Shown here piece after piece: positions 10,839-21,337 of a stretch of 64,000 nucleotides of DNA; position 1 is the stretch's first letter; each line of letters opens with the position of its first letter. The translations under genes were made by a program, and so were the position numbers. The DNA comes from Bacteroidia bacterium (lineage in GTDB: Bacteria > Bacteroidota > Bacteroidia > UKL13-3): positions 85,628 through 149,627 of the forward strand of contig JBILBF010000003.1 in assembly GCA_044353855.1 (NCBI GenBank), given 5' to 3'. The notes under the pieces were generated by a model. It made no database searches. It saw only the letters and a program-made list of their open reading frames with translations, and had not been told where the DNA came from.

Positions 10839-11336
10839 TTATAAACTAATATCTATTATTTCAAATTTAATAGTACCAGCTGGAGCTTGCACTTCTACAA
10901 CATCACCTAACTTTTTACCCATTAACCCAGCACCCATTGGAGATTTAAAAGATATTCGTCCAATTTTAAAATCAGCTTCGTTTTCGGAAACCATGGTATA
11001 CACCATTTCGTTTTTGGTGTTTAGGTTACGTACTTTCACTTTGCTCAACATCATTACCTTGCTGGTATCTAATTTGGTTTCATCAATTACCCTTGTTTTG
11101 GTAATTAAGTCTTCTAATTTAGCAATGCGTGTTTCTAATAAACCTTGATCTTCTTTGGCTGCATGATATTCGGCATTTTCACTTAAATCCCCTTTATCTC
11201 GGGCATCAGCAATTTGTTTACTTATAAAAGGACGTTGAACATATTTTAATTCATGCAATTCCTTTTGCATATTATCAAATCCTGCTTTGGATACATAATT
11301 AATTTGTGGAATAACTTTTTCAACTACTTTCTTCAT
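10839..11336 (-). CDS. greA: Transcription elongation factor GreA
   Basis: GreA N-terminal coiled-coil and C-terminal FKBP-like domain (…DLSENAEYHAAKE…IGRISFKSPMGAGLMGKKLGDVVEV…). Start placed at the internal Met (MKKVVEKV). Confidence 0.9.
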   Translation of the reverse strand: MKKVVEKVIPQINYVSKAGFDNMQKELHELKYVQRPFISKQIADARDKGDLSENAEYHAAKEDQGLLETRIAKLEDLITKTRVIDETKLDTSKVMMLSKVKVRNLNTKNEMVYTMVSENEADFKIGRISFKSPMGAGLMGKKLGDVVEVQAPAGTIKFEIIDISL

Positions 11337-11413
11337 GTGATGGTTATTAAAACAAAAGAAAACGTTCCACCATGAGCAGAACGTTTTCTTTAACATTATT
11401 AAAACAAATATAA

Positions 11414-12496
11414 TTAACTTTTCTTGTTTCCTATTGACAATCTGATGGTGATATTGTGGTTGCCATTAAATACATGTGTAGGAGCATATGCATAATCCAA
11501 ACCTATAATAGTTCCTTTTTTACTAACAGGCATTTGAATAGTTAAACCACCAGCAAAACCAATGTATTGAGTACGGTAATCATTTTTGGTGTTATTTGAT
11601 TGAATACCATAGCCACCACGAACCATAAACGATTCACGGTAAGCATATTCAACTCCAATTGATGTAATATTATTTGAAAATGCATTATAATTAAAGTTAC
11701 CAGAGGGTGTTAGACGGTGAATATACGTATCTGGATTTTTATCTAATCTTATATCATATGAAGCGCCTATATGTAACAATGCAGGTAGGTTAAATGATTG
11801 TGAGCCCATCAATGCCCGTCTATCAGCTCCTGTAGAGGGATTAATGGAACGAAACGATAAACCGGAACCTTCATATGAAGCATCTGGTCCAATATTACGA
11901 ATAGAAATTCCAAAGCGAAAATCTTCTTTCTTTTGTTTGTTTTTTGGATTTAATGCTGTTTGATATTGAACACCAGCATCAAATGCAACACCACCAGCTC
12001 TTACGTTGGTAATACCTTCTGTAAAGTAACGGATAAGAATTCCACCACTTATACTATTTGAAAATCTTTTAGAATAAGCAACACCAAGATTTAATATTTG
12101 AGGAGTAAACGTACCTTGATCTCCATCAGGTAAACCTTCTGAGGTTAATAAGATATTGCCAACATCCAAAGAAGAGGCTGTAATTCCTAATACGTTACCA
12201 TCTCCTAAAGATTGTGCAATGTTTATACTATTATAAAAAATACCTGTTCCTTGCAAATAAGTCATATTTGAAAACATAAATTCTGTTTTCTCTGCATAAG
12301 CGAGTCCACCTACATTAAACAGCATAGCTTCACAACTTCGAAGTGAAGCTGTGTTAGCGTTCATCATTCCTGCAGAACGAGCATATGGATTTAGTAATAA
12401 TTGTGTACCACCTGCACCAGCTGATCGATCGGGACTTCCAGCGAATAAACTTACTGTAGCAATAACTAAGAGTATTGAATATAAATATTTTTTCAT
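11414..12496 (-). CDS. FadL-like outer-membrane beta-barrel, PorV/LptO- or PorP/SprF-family (T9SS-associated) candidate
   Basis: Signal peptide; N-terminus LLLNPYARSAGMMNANTA resembles FadL/PorV N-terminal strands; alternating beta-strand pattern; ends in aromatic-rich strands. Lies directly downstream of a T9SS-CTD protein. Confidence 0.55.
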   Translation of the reverse strand: MKKYLYSILLVIATVSLFAGSPDRSAGAGGTQLLLNPYARSAGMMNANTASLRSCEAMLFNVGGLAYAEKTEFMFSNMTYLQGTGIFYNSINIAQSLGDGNVLGITASSLDVGNILLTSEGLPDGDQGTFTPQILNLGVAYSKRFSNSISGGILIRYFTEGITNVRAGGVAFDAGVQYQTALNPKNKQKKEDFRFGISIRNIGPDASYEGSGLSFRSINPSTGADRRALMGSQSFNLPALLHIGASYDIRLDKNPDTYIHRLTPSGNFNYNAFSNNITSIGVEYAYRESFMVRGGYGIQSNNTKNDYRTQYIGFAGGLTIQMPVSKKGTIIGLDYAYAPTHVFNGNHNITIRLSIGNKKS

Positions 12497-12550
12497 ATAA
12501 AGGAATCTATCTTACATTTAAATTGACTAAAATTATGAGGGGTTTTGATT

Positions 12551-15500
12551 TTAGAAACTATCAAAATCAATTGGTCTCATTACACCAAACCATTTAATAA
12601 TACGCTCCTCCCCAAAATCGGTTGCCTTAATATGAATCAAATACGTACCACTTGAAATTGGAACTCTTGCATCATTTCTCAAATCCCAAGAAGTATAAGG
12701 CTCATTCGGGTCATCTTTTTTAATAATTCTAACCAATACGCCATCCAGTGTAAAAATTCTAATATCACATTTGGCTGGAAGGTTAACAATTCTAACCTCA
12801 TTTGATAATTGATTTCCAGGATCCTCGTATGAAGAATAGGCATAGAAGGGATTTGGAACTATATTAACTTTATCTAAAGCTTTTTTACCAATTTCAGTAG
12901 AAAAGGTTGGAGCAAATCCTTTGGTTGAGAAAGTGTAATATGGCATGCTGTCATTAAGAGTAAGTCCATCAATTGAATAACTTGCATAAGGCCGTTTAAC
13001 TCTAATATCAACAGTTACCGGATTGGGTATAATACCCTCTGCTACTGAGCGCAGGCTATATCCAGTTTCTAACATTGACATGCTTACCCACATAACCTGT
13101 GAAAAAACTTGTCTTCTGCTCACAACATCTCCAATTGTAAGTTTTGCTCTGTAGCTGGCACAAGCATCATATCTTGAACCTTCATAACGAGTGGAACCAG
13201 AGAATATTCCTTTTTTACCCATAACATAAACATAATGTTTACCGCCAAAAACGGGTCTGAAATTAGCATTAGTTAGATTGGATGTGGGATTCCAAATCAT
13301 ATCTGTACCGTTTTCTCCAGGTAAAGAAGAATCTTCGGTAAACATTATATTTAACCTTTCTCCAGTTTCAATGTTGATTGCATAACCAGGAAACCATCCC
13401 ATTCCCGAAGATGAAATAAAGTCAGCATCAGTAGGATCTGATGTTACAATGCCATCACCTGCTTTGCCATTTTTATCCACTGAAGGTGATTTTCTTACTT
13501 CCAATTTATCGGCATTACCAATATTCAATGATGGTGCTTCACCCATTTCTAACACTACACTTCTTGTCCATAACGTTTTATCTGCTGTGTAAACAATTTT
13601 CACACTATATAAATCAGACATTAGATTATCTGAATTTGCTCCTCCTAAACCAGGTGATGCAAAAGTTCCTAAATCCCAAGCTGGACCCAAAGTTGATGTT
13701 TCGGTTGAGTTTGCTATTCTTCTTGATCTGGCAGCTAATGCATAAGGTGACCATCTACCTTCAATTATTTTAGCATAATTTTTCCTTGGATCTAATGCTA
13801 TTTTTGCCAATGCAAAATCGTTTGTTTTAGGATCTGCAAAATCTGGTGTACCAGAATTACCTGATCGAATCCAATTAAATTGAGTTGCTAATGGCGATTG
13901 ACTGTAAATAGGGTCTTCATCAACAACACTGGTTAACCACTGTTGAGTTAAATTAGACCAAGTTATTGAAGAACTTAAAAATCCATTACTTTGATCTTTA
14001 TTACTACGAGCGTCTCCAGGTAAAATTGTTTGAGTTATATCAACTGAAATCCCCCATTCTGGGAAAAGCTGTTCGTAAGGATTGGTAATATTTACAACTC
14101 CACGTTTAACAACACCATTAAAATTAAGATACCAAAAAGTAGATTTAGCAGATAGTGTATCTGTTTTTTTTGTTCCGGTAGCAGTGTCTCTCATGTACAA
14201 TATAAAATCACCATCAGGTAATTTTAAAGGGTCAATTACTTTAACATTTACAGGACCAAAACCTGGTACATATGTTCTGTTTTTTACATAGCTATTTGAT
14301 GAATTTAAAATAGCAGTTATTGATTCTTTAGATAACTCAACTTCAAGTCCTCCATTACCAATTCCTTCAATTTGAGTTACAGCTAGTCCATCACCAAATT
14401 TAGCATTTACTTGTGTTCCATTACTATTTTGAGACCTATCATGTGGTGTAGCAGTATATACAATAAGGCTATTTTCATTTATTGTTTTACGACTTGGTAG
14501 ATATTGCAAAGCTGACGAATCACAATTAACCGAAGCTGAGTATGCAATAATAACATAGTGATAGTTTTTAAAATTAACCAATGTTTGATCAGAACCTGAT
14601 TCAAATTTATCTTTACTAATTTCAAAACTATGTTTAATCCCTTTATCATCTCCTGTTACCATAATTTTTTTAACAGGTTCTTCTAAATTAGGATCAAATA
14701 CGGTATTTACAACTCTTGAACGTCCATCAGCAACATCATATTGAGCAACTAATCGTGCTTGTTCTGTATCATAAATATCTGAAGGAATATTGGGTGTTTT
14801 AAGCTGGTAAATTTGATAGCCTTGAAAACGATATTGTGTAAACGAAGAGCAAGGGCCAGCTAAAGAATCAGAGAAACTTTCAACTCCTTCTGTTTGTTCC
14901 ATTCTCACTATTATTCGTCTATTTAATTCTGTTAGCACTAAAGGAGGTGCATCTGGACCTGCAATAATTCTAAAATTATTTTTAAATAATTCTGATGCTT
15001 TATCACTAGCTGTTTTCAATAAATTAAATGAACCCGTAGCTCCTCCACTTGAAGCTTTTGCCCATACTACGCCAATAGTAACTTTATTTACAGCACCTGG
15101 CAATAAGCTAAACGAACCTGCTGTTTGTAAAAAACGTCTATCACCTGGTTGATTTTGAGAATTTCTTTCCGTCCATGCTTCTCTACCTCTTGGATCGGTT
15201 GAACCAGGAAACATATAACTAGCAGTATCTGCTCCTCCTTTACCATTACCTCCGTATGTAACTGGGGTTCCGTCTTTCCATCTTCCATTTAGATATCCCC
15301 AATAATGCTCAGGTCTTGATGGGTTACCAATATTAGAAAAATCATTGTTATAATAGATAAATTTAGTTAACCCTATTTCTGTTCCATCTGCTCTCCTTGG
15401 ACCTTCAAAAAAAGTAACACCCACACTTGGTGGATTAAGACCATATCCTAAAATACCTTCGTCATTATCATCACCATTATAACAAATACCTAAGTTACGG

Positions 15501-16420
15501 GTTACATCACACTCTACATAATCATCGTTATAGTTTCCTAAATCTGCGTCAACCCATTGTCCAAATACACAGCTATCAATTGTTTCATTGCTTCTATTAT
15601 AGATAACAGTGCGGTAAAAAGTCATATTATTTACTTCATCATTGGTAGAATAGGCAAATGCATGAGTTTGAAATTCTAACCCAATTTGAAATCCACCAGT
15701 TTCGGAGTGAATATTCCCTTTGTCATTAAATATCATAAACAACATTTGATCCGGAATATTTTTATCATTGTTTTGATCAAAAGATGGGTAATCACCAACC
15801 GTTGGGTCATACGTTCCATCGCCATCTGCATCAAAAAAAGGTGATAAATATTTTGCCAATCCATCATCTTTACTTTCACAAGGCCATGATAACATTTCCT
15901 CACTAGGATTTGCCCAATTGTTTGGGTCATTTCTAAAAGTATTAATCTCAGTTAACGATATTTTCCAAATACGATCGTATGCCAAACATCTTGCTTCTGT
16001 AATTGAAGCAGAACCTAACGTTAATGGCCCTGGAAAATAATCGCTTCCGCTTTGACGGTATGTTTGAGCAGCAACCCTTAAATTTCCATTGGTAATACCT
16101 CCAATCCATAATGCACCAGAAAACAATGAATGTTTGGCTACTTGACCACTTTGAACTTTAGGAACTTCATAGCGTGCATTGCTTAAATTCCACCACATAT
16201 CACCACCATTTAAAATCGTAGTTCTAACGTTGTTTACATCTAAGTCTCTTCTAAAAGTTGCTCCTTGGCAGCCAGCAGCTTTTTTATATATATCTACTAA
16301 GGGTTTGTCATTTACGGGTGGTTTACCAATATTATCTCTAGCGCTAACTTGAGCAATAGATAATACAAGAGCTCCTGTTATGCTCAGTTGTTTTAAAAAT
16401 GTATAATTAGCAATTCTCAT
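12551..16420 (-). CDS. Large secreted protein (1289 aa) with type-A T9SS C-terminal sorting domain
   Basis: N-terminal signal peptide. C-terminal ~90 aa match the Por_Secre_tail pattern (…VPNPF…VRIVNLPAKCDIRIFTLDGVLVRII…SWDLRND…SSGTYLIHIKA…K…). Body has no domain I recognise. Confidence 0.75.
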   Translation of the reverse strand: MRIANYTFLKQLSITGALVLSIAQVSARDNIGKPPVNDKPLVDIYKKAAGCQGATFRRDLDVNNVRTTILNGGDMWWNLSNARYEVPKVQSGQVAKHSLFSGALWIGGITNGNLRVAAQTYRQSGSDYFPGPLTLGSASITEARCLAYDRIWKISLTEINTFRNDPNNWANPSEEMLSWPCESKDDGLAKYLSPFFDADGDGTYDPTVGDYPSFDQNNDKNIPDQMLFMIFNDKGNIHSETGGFQIGLEFQTHAFAYSTNDEVNNMTFYRTVIYNRSNETIDSCVFGQWVDADLGNYNDDYVECDVTRNLGICYNGDDNDEGILGYGLNPPSVGVTFFEGPRRADGTEIGLTKFIYYNNDFSNIGNPSRPEHYWGYLNGRWKDGTPVTYGGNGKGGADTASYMFPGSTDPRGREAWTERNSQNQPGDRRFLQTAGSFSLLPGAVNKVTIGVVWAKASSGGATGSFNLLKTASDKASELFKNNFRIIAGPDAPPLVLTELNRRIIVRMEQTEGVESFSDSLAGPCSSFTQYRFQGYQIYQLKTPNIPSDIYDTEQARLVAQYDVADGRSRVVNTVFDPNLEEPVKKIMVTGDDKGIKHSFEISKDKFESGSDQTLVNFKNYHYVIIAYSASVNCDSSALQYLPSRKTINENSLIVYTATPHDRSQNSNGTQVNAKFGDGLAVTQIEGIGNGGLEVELSKESITAILNSSNSYVKNRTYVPGFGPVNVKVIDPLKLPDGDFILYMRDTATGTKKTDTLSAKSTFWYLNFNGVVKRGVVNITNPYEQLFPEWGISVDITQTILPGDARSNKDQSNGFLSSSITWSNLTQQWLTSVVDEDPIYSQSPLATQFNWIRSGNSGTPDFADPKTNDFALAKIALDPRKNYAKIIEGRWSPYALAARSRRIANSTETSTLGPAWDLGTFASPGLGGANSDNLMSDLYSVKIVYTADKTLWTRSVVLEMGEAPSLNIGNADKLEVRKSPSVDKNGKAGDGIVTSDPTDADFISSSGMGWFPGYAINIETGERLNIMFTEDSSLPGENGTDMIWNPTSNLTNANFRPVFGGKHYVYVMGKKGIFSGSTRYEGSRYDACASYRAKLTIGDVVSRRQVFSQVMWVSMSMLETGYSLRSVAEGIIPNPVTVDIRVKRPYASYSIDGLTLNDSMPYYTFSTKGFAPTFSTEIGKKALDKVNIVPNPFYAYSSYEDPGNQLSNEVRIVNLPAKCDIRIFTLDGVLVRIIKKDDPNEPYTSWDLRNDARVPISSGTYLIHIKATDFGEERIIKWFGVMRPIDFDSF

Positions 16421-16438
16421 AGTAAGTTAATTTAATAA

Positions 16439-19400
16439 TTAGAAATATAATGCAACACCAATTCTGGTTAAACGTGGTAAAGCAAAATTGCCGGGATTTA
16501 CCACCCTTACATTATATAAGTCAACTAAAGATTGTGCATTAGTTGCAGATTGTTTTTGTGAATCAGCAAAAGTTGATGTAATAAAGCCATCATCATATGC
16601 TGAACCCGTGTATTGATAAGCTCCTAAAACATTAATATTGTTAAAAACATTTTGAACCCAAAGAAAAACGCGAATAGTATACATATTGGTTTTTCCTGAT
16701 AAACTTTCACTTCTAATTGTAAATCGTTTATCAATATTTAAATCTGTAAAAAATTGGGAAGGTAAATTAGCGCCATTTATAGTACCCTTAACTTGTGAAC
16801 GAGTTGCCACACCTGCCTGAACTTCTGGTGTTGGGAAAAGTTGCTGTGTATAAGGTCTTCCAGAAGTTAAATTAAAAATTAAATTTAAACCTGCATTTTC
16901 AAAAATCTTTTTCCCATTAACAACTGGTCCATTGTATTCTTTCCCTTCTTTGTAATGATAATCAAATGTTCCTTTCAAAGTATGTCTGGTATCGTAATCT
17001 AAAGGAAAAATTGAACGCTGACCAGAAGCACCCGCTTGAATTAAGGCAGCTGATTGATCTGGATTAGAACCTGTTCCTGCTGCAAATTGAAGCATATAGT
17101 TTGCTGAAATATTAACATTCCCTAGTTCACGTAATTCATATTCTAATTGAATTGATTTAACGGTAGAAAAATCTATATTACTGTATGTTGTATAATCAAA
17201 TGGCCATGCTTGTACGTAACGGTATTGTGATAATAAATTTCTAAACTCTCTATATGATCCAATAATTTGAATGGCTGCGTCTTGACCAATTTGTTGCTTA
17301 AAGCCAAATTGATAATCTGTTACTTGAGTCATTTTCAAATTTGGATTACCCATTGCTCCATTACTCAACCTGTTTCTTAAATAATAATAATCATCAAACT
17401 GAGCTACATTAAGTCCTCCTGTTGGTCGTTGTGCCATCACATCATAGGTAGCAAACAATTGAGAGGTAGTAGAAATAGGAAATGAAAACCAAATACGAGG
17501 TAATAATTTAACATCTGGTGTATAATCTTCAAAAGATTCTGAAGTAGGCGTTGTTTCTCCTGCATTTACTAAGTATGGAGTGTTTTGGTTAATTGAAGCA
17601 CCATCAGCTGCAGACTCTTTGTATAATGTTGCTGGGTCAGTAACTGGATTTCCATTTCTATCAAACCAATCATTTCCTTTTCTAAATCCTGATATTGCTA
17701 AAGCATTATTATTCGAAGATGTATTTGCACTGTTGACATAAACAGCATAATCATCCCCTATTGTACTCGGAATATCGCCTGGTTGTATTCCTAAGCTTCC
17801 TCTTCTAACATCTCCAGCAGAATAAATTGGTGTTAAAGAATACGGATCTTTCAATACCAATTGATTAGCATCAAAACGCTCCATTCGCACCCCTAATCGT
17901 ACAATTAAATCTTTAAACACAAACTTATCTTGTAACCAAGCAGCAGTATATACTGGAGCATATGCACCAATTGGTCTACTTGAAGGATTATCTAAAAACT
18001 GTTGAATAGATTTTTTTCCGTTTAGTCGTTTACCTGTGTGAGAATATCCAGTATAGTTAATATAAGAATTACCATCATTTAACAACTCATCAGCTGTAAA
18101 CATATCTATAGAATACATACTTGGATCATAAGCATCTGTATTTAACAACGTATTTTGATCAATTGGTTTACCATTTAAATCTGTTGCACTTTGTGATATT
18201 AATTTATCTCTTAATTGTTTGTCAAAATTTTTCTGATTACTTGATACGATAAGTCTATCAAACTTAATGGTATCTTGAAATACCCCATTTTTATCAAAAT
18301 TTGCTTGAACTATACCTGTATCGTTATAACCCGAAAACTGATTGTTAACCAATTGACGCATTAATGTCCAAAGACCTCCAGAGCTGACTGAATATGAACG
18401 TTGGAATTGTTGTTCGTAGGTAAATCCAAATTGTAAATCATGTTTTGCTTTAGGGTTTCTATTTGGAGCAACGCTTGCTTCACTTTGAACATACAATGTA
18501 TACGTTTCGTTTAACGATTTTGCATAACCCGTTTGCACTCCTCCGGGGCTTGCCCAAAGATTTGAGTATACACCATTGGGTTCATCTCCATTGGCTATCC
18601 CGCCTAATCCGCGTAGTTGCCCTAAATTAGTTACAGTTTGGCCTGTTTGATTGTAATAATTATAAATACTACGTGTATAATTTCCTTTAATTCTATTGAT
18701 ATCTGCTTGTCTAAATAACAAAGCCGTATCTTGATCTCCTACCAATCTGTTATAACTTGTAAGTTTTATCATACTTCCATCAGCTAGCCTAAAACTATCC
18801 GCTGCCTCACCAAAAGTTTTACTTACTCTAGTATATCTTTCTTGTGAGTAATTATCAAAGCCTCCAACATATCCATAGTCGAAAATATTTTTTCCATGCT
18901 CTGGATTTGTGCGTTCAAATGAATTTCTTTCATATGAAAAACGAACGGTGTAATAGGCATTGCTTATGGCAGATTTTTTAGCTTCTTCTTCCGTTTTCTT
19001 GGCAAATGTTTGGGTAAATTGAATATATGGTCTTAATGTTAATGCTCTTGCCATAGGCATATTATCTGCATTTGTTAACGAATGAAAATAACTAAATTCT
19101 CTGTTTCGAGAATAATTGGCTTGATACCCTAAACGAACACTTATATTATTGTTGGGTGCATAAATAAAGTTACCTTGTAGGTTTGCTGCATATGAACTTG
19201 CATTTTGCCTATAATCAACTTTCTCTAAATCAGATTTTAACAAATACTCACCTGCAGGTATAAATCCCCCTCCTTCTTGAGGCAATAGAGGATTTTCCTC
19301 TATTTGACGCAATTTTTCATCCTTCACTTTGTATACGTCTGTAATAGGTAAACGACCATCCCTAACAAAAACACCACTTCCATATAACGAGAAGCCTAAA

Positions 19401-20233
19401 AGTACTCTTTCTTTATCGCCTTTACCTTTATTAGCAATCATTAATGGACCCGTAACACCCATTTGCAACTCATTATAATTGGAGTTATCCAAATAACCAT
19501 TAAACGGAGAAGCTGTAATATACTCAAAACTTCTGCTCCAATTGCGGGATGGTGATTTAGTATTAATAGCAATTGCTCCTCCGATAAAATCTCCGTATTG
19601 AGCAGGTGTACCTCCTGTAATAATTTGTATTTGATCAATTGCATTTTGCGGAATGGTAGTACTTCCACCTTGTACACGCACACCATCAATATAATAAGCT
19701 GTTCCATCGGCACGTGCACCCCTTATCGTTGGGGTAGCTCCTGCACGCGAATCAACACCTGCTACGGTATTGGCAATTGCATTGGCATTTCGTTGTGGCA
19801 ATGCCATAATTTCTTTAGATGTTTTTGTGTTTTTATTAACACCATCAGGATCAATCAATGGCTTTTTGCGAACAATCACAACATCACCTAACTGTTGTCC
19901 TCCTTCATTTAATTCCATGGGAACATTGGTAAATGTAATTTCATCACTTGATACATTTACACCTGTAATAATTGAGTTTCTATAACCTAAATTCGTAACT
20001 TTTATAGTGTAGTTACCCGGTTGAAGGGTTTTTACGATATAAGCACCATCATCATCAGTAAGAACCGCTGCCTTGGTTACACCATTTAATTCAATTGTTA
20101 CACTCACAAAGTCTAGTGGTTTTTTGGTCTTAGCGTCAAGCACTTTACCTCTAATCTCTCCTAACTGAGATTGCGCATTTGCATACATGCATAAACCAAT
20201 AATTGCAAATAGTAGACTGTATATTTTTTTCAT
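16439..20233 (-). CDS. TonB-dependent-receptor-like outer-membrane protein (1264 aa) with N-terminal carboxypeptidase-regulatory-like domain
   Basis: Signal peptide; CarbopepD_reg-like segment (GKVLDAKTKKPLDFVSVTIE…GNYTIKVTNLGY); plug-like region (…TPTIRGARADGTAYYIDGVRV…IDQIQIITGGTPAQYGD); long barrel ending in …IGVALYF. Confidence 0.75.
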   Translation of the reverse strand: MKKIYSLLFAIIGLCMYANAQSQLGEIRGKVLDAKTKKPLDFVSVTIELNGVTKAAVLTDDDGAYIVKTLQPGNYTIKVTNLGYRNSIITGVNVSSDEITFTNVPMELNEGGQQLGDVVIVRKKPLIDPDGVNKNTKTSKEIMALPQRNANAIANTVAGVDSRAGATPTIRGARADGTAYYIDGVRVQGGSTTIPQNAIDQIQIITGGTPAQYGDFIGGAIAINTKSPSRNWSRSFEYITASPFNGYLDNSNYNELQMGVTGPLMIANKGKGDKERVLLGFSLYGSGVFVRDGRLPITDVYKVKDEKLRQIEENPLLPQEGGGFIPAGEYLLKSDLEKVDYRQNASSYAANLQGNFIYAPNNNISVRLGYQANYSRNREFSYFHSLTNADNMPMARALTLRPYIQFTQTFAKKTEEEAKKSAISNAYYTVRFSYERNSFERTNPEHGKNIFDYGYVGGFDNYSQERYTRVSKTFGEAADSFRLADGSMIKLTSYNRLVGDQDTALLFRQADINRIKGNYTRSIYNYYNQTGQTVTNLGQLRGLGGIANGDEPNGVYSNLWASPGGVQTGYAKSLNETYTLYVQSEASVAPNRNPKAKHDLQFGFTYEQQFQRSYSVSSGGLWTLMRQLVNNQFSGYNDTGIVQANFDKNGVFQDTIKFDRLIVSSNQKNFDKQLRDKLISQSATDLNGKPIDQNTLLNTDAYDPSMYSIDMFTADELLNDGNSYINYTGYSHTGKRLNGKKSIQQFLDNPSSRPIGAYAPVYTAAWLQDKFVFKDLIVRLGVRMERFDANQLVLKDPYSLTPIYSAGDVRRGSLGIQPGDIPSTIGDDYAVYVNSANTSSNNNALAISGFRKGNDWFDRNGNPVTDPATLYKESAADGASINQNTPYLVNAGETTPTSESFEDYTPDVKLLPRIWFSFPISTTSQLFATYDVMAQRPTGGLNVAQFDDYYYLRNRLSNGAMGNPNLKMTQVTDYQFGFKQQIGQDAAIQIIGSYREFRNLLSQYRYVQAWPFDYTTYSNIDFSTVKSIQLEYELRELGNVNISANYMLQFAAGTGSNPDQSAALIQAGASGQRSIFPLDYDTRHTLKGTFDYHYKEGKEYNGPVVNGKKIFENAGLNLIFNLTSGRPYTQQLFPTPEVQAGVATRSQVKGTINGANLPSQFFTDLNIDKRFTIRSESLSGKTNMYTIRVFLWVQNVFNNINVLGAYQYTGSAYDDGFITSTFADSQKQSATNAQSLVDLYNVRVVNPGNFALPRLTRIGVALYF

Positions 20234-20325
20234 TAACCGTGAATTTACTAAGTATGAGTTAAAGTACCAATTGGTAAATTAAATTAATTCGAACTATAAT
20301 ATCAATATTTTATTTTATCTAAGTT

Positions 20326-21258
20326 TTAACAAAGTGTTAACTGTTTGATTTTTTGGAGTAAAACCTCAGCTATTTTTATATATGATTGTTCTGTCCAACC
20401 TCCAACATGAGGAGAAAGTACCACATTCTTCATTTCTATCAATTGTTCAAATCGTTTTTTTTCTCCTTCATTGAGTGTCATTAATTTTTCATTTTCCATT
20501 ACATCAAATCCTGCTGCTAAAATTTTGTTTGTACCTAAAGCACTTATAACATCTTCTAGGTTAATTATTTTTCCTCTTGATAAATTAAGGAGAACAATTT
20601 GTTTTTTACATTGATTAATCCAAGTTGAATTTACCCAGTTCTCTGTTTCTTGAGTGAGTGGCACATGAAAGGTTAAAATATCGGCTTGCTGTTGAATCGT
20701 TTCTAAATTTACAGCTGCTGCATATTCATTACCATAATTAACCAAATACTTATCATATACTATAACCTTAACATCAAACCCTGATAGTTTTTTAGCAACA
20801 GCTTTTCCAGTATTTCCAAATCCTATAATCCCAATTGTTTTACCTTTCAATTCCAAACCGGTATTGCCAATTCTATCCCAAATTTTTGCCCTCACTTCCT
20901 TATCAGCTTTTTGAAGTTTTGTGGCTAAACTTAGCATCATTGCCAAAGTATGCTCACCTACAGCATCTGCGTTTGCTTCACCAGCATTGAAGTAATGAAT
21001 ATTATTAGCATCACAATACGTTGTATCAATATTATCAAGACCTGCTCCTGCCCTAGCTATAAATTGAAGCTTTGAACTATGTGAAAGAACATGTTGATTT
21101 ATATTTAATTTAGTTCTAACAACCAAACCCGAATACTGATTAATACATGATACAAGTTCATCAAGTGAAATTGTTGGTTTATAATCCACCTCAAATCCAA
21201 GCTCGTTTAATCCATTTTCCAATATTGGATGTACATCATCGATTATTAAAACTCTCAT
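20326..21258 (-). CDS. D-isomer-specific 2-hydroxyacid dehydrogenase (phosphoglycerate-dehydrogenase-like)
   Basis: NAD-binding GxGxxG (GIIGFGNTG), catalytic-domain conservation. Confidence 0.85.
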   Translation of the reverse strand: MRVLIIDDVHPILENGLNELGFEVDYKPTISLDELVSCINQYSGLVVRTKLNINQHVLSHSSKLQFIARAGAGLDNIDTTYCDANNIHYFNAGEANADAVGEHTLAMMLSLATKLQKADKEVRAKIWDRIGNTGLELKGKTIGIIGFGNTGKAVAKKLSGFDVKVIVYDKYLVNYGNEYAAAVNLETIQQQADILTFHVPLTQETENWVNSTWINQCKKQIVLLNLSRGKIINLEDVISALGTNKILAAGFDVMENEKLMTLNEGEKKRFEQLIEMKNVVLSPHVGGWTEQSYIKIAEVLLQKIKQLTLC

Positions 21259-21337
21259 GTTTTAGTTCTTGTTAAATAGTTGGTAAAGCAAGAGATTATA
21301 CATTAGTACACAAATTGAATTGAATGGTTGCATGTAG

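Noticed and set aside
12551-16420. Confident assignment as PorU sortase
   Set aside because: Size and the downstream PorV-like barrel fit, but I could not verify a C25 catalytic dyad in the expected mid-protein position; kept as alternative hypothesis only.
19441-19985. Overlapping small ORFs inside the 1264-aa receptor-like gene (both strands)
   Set aside because: Embedded in a long well-supported CDS; Cys/His-rich junk translations typical of antisense frames.
16439-20233. SusC/RagA-type polysaccharide utilisation locus
   Set aside because: Although the protein has the CarbopepD_reg + plug + barrel architecture, there is no SusD-like lipoprotein gene downstream; the next gene is a T9SS-CTD protein.
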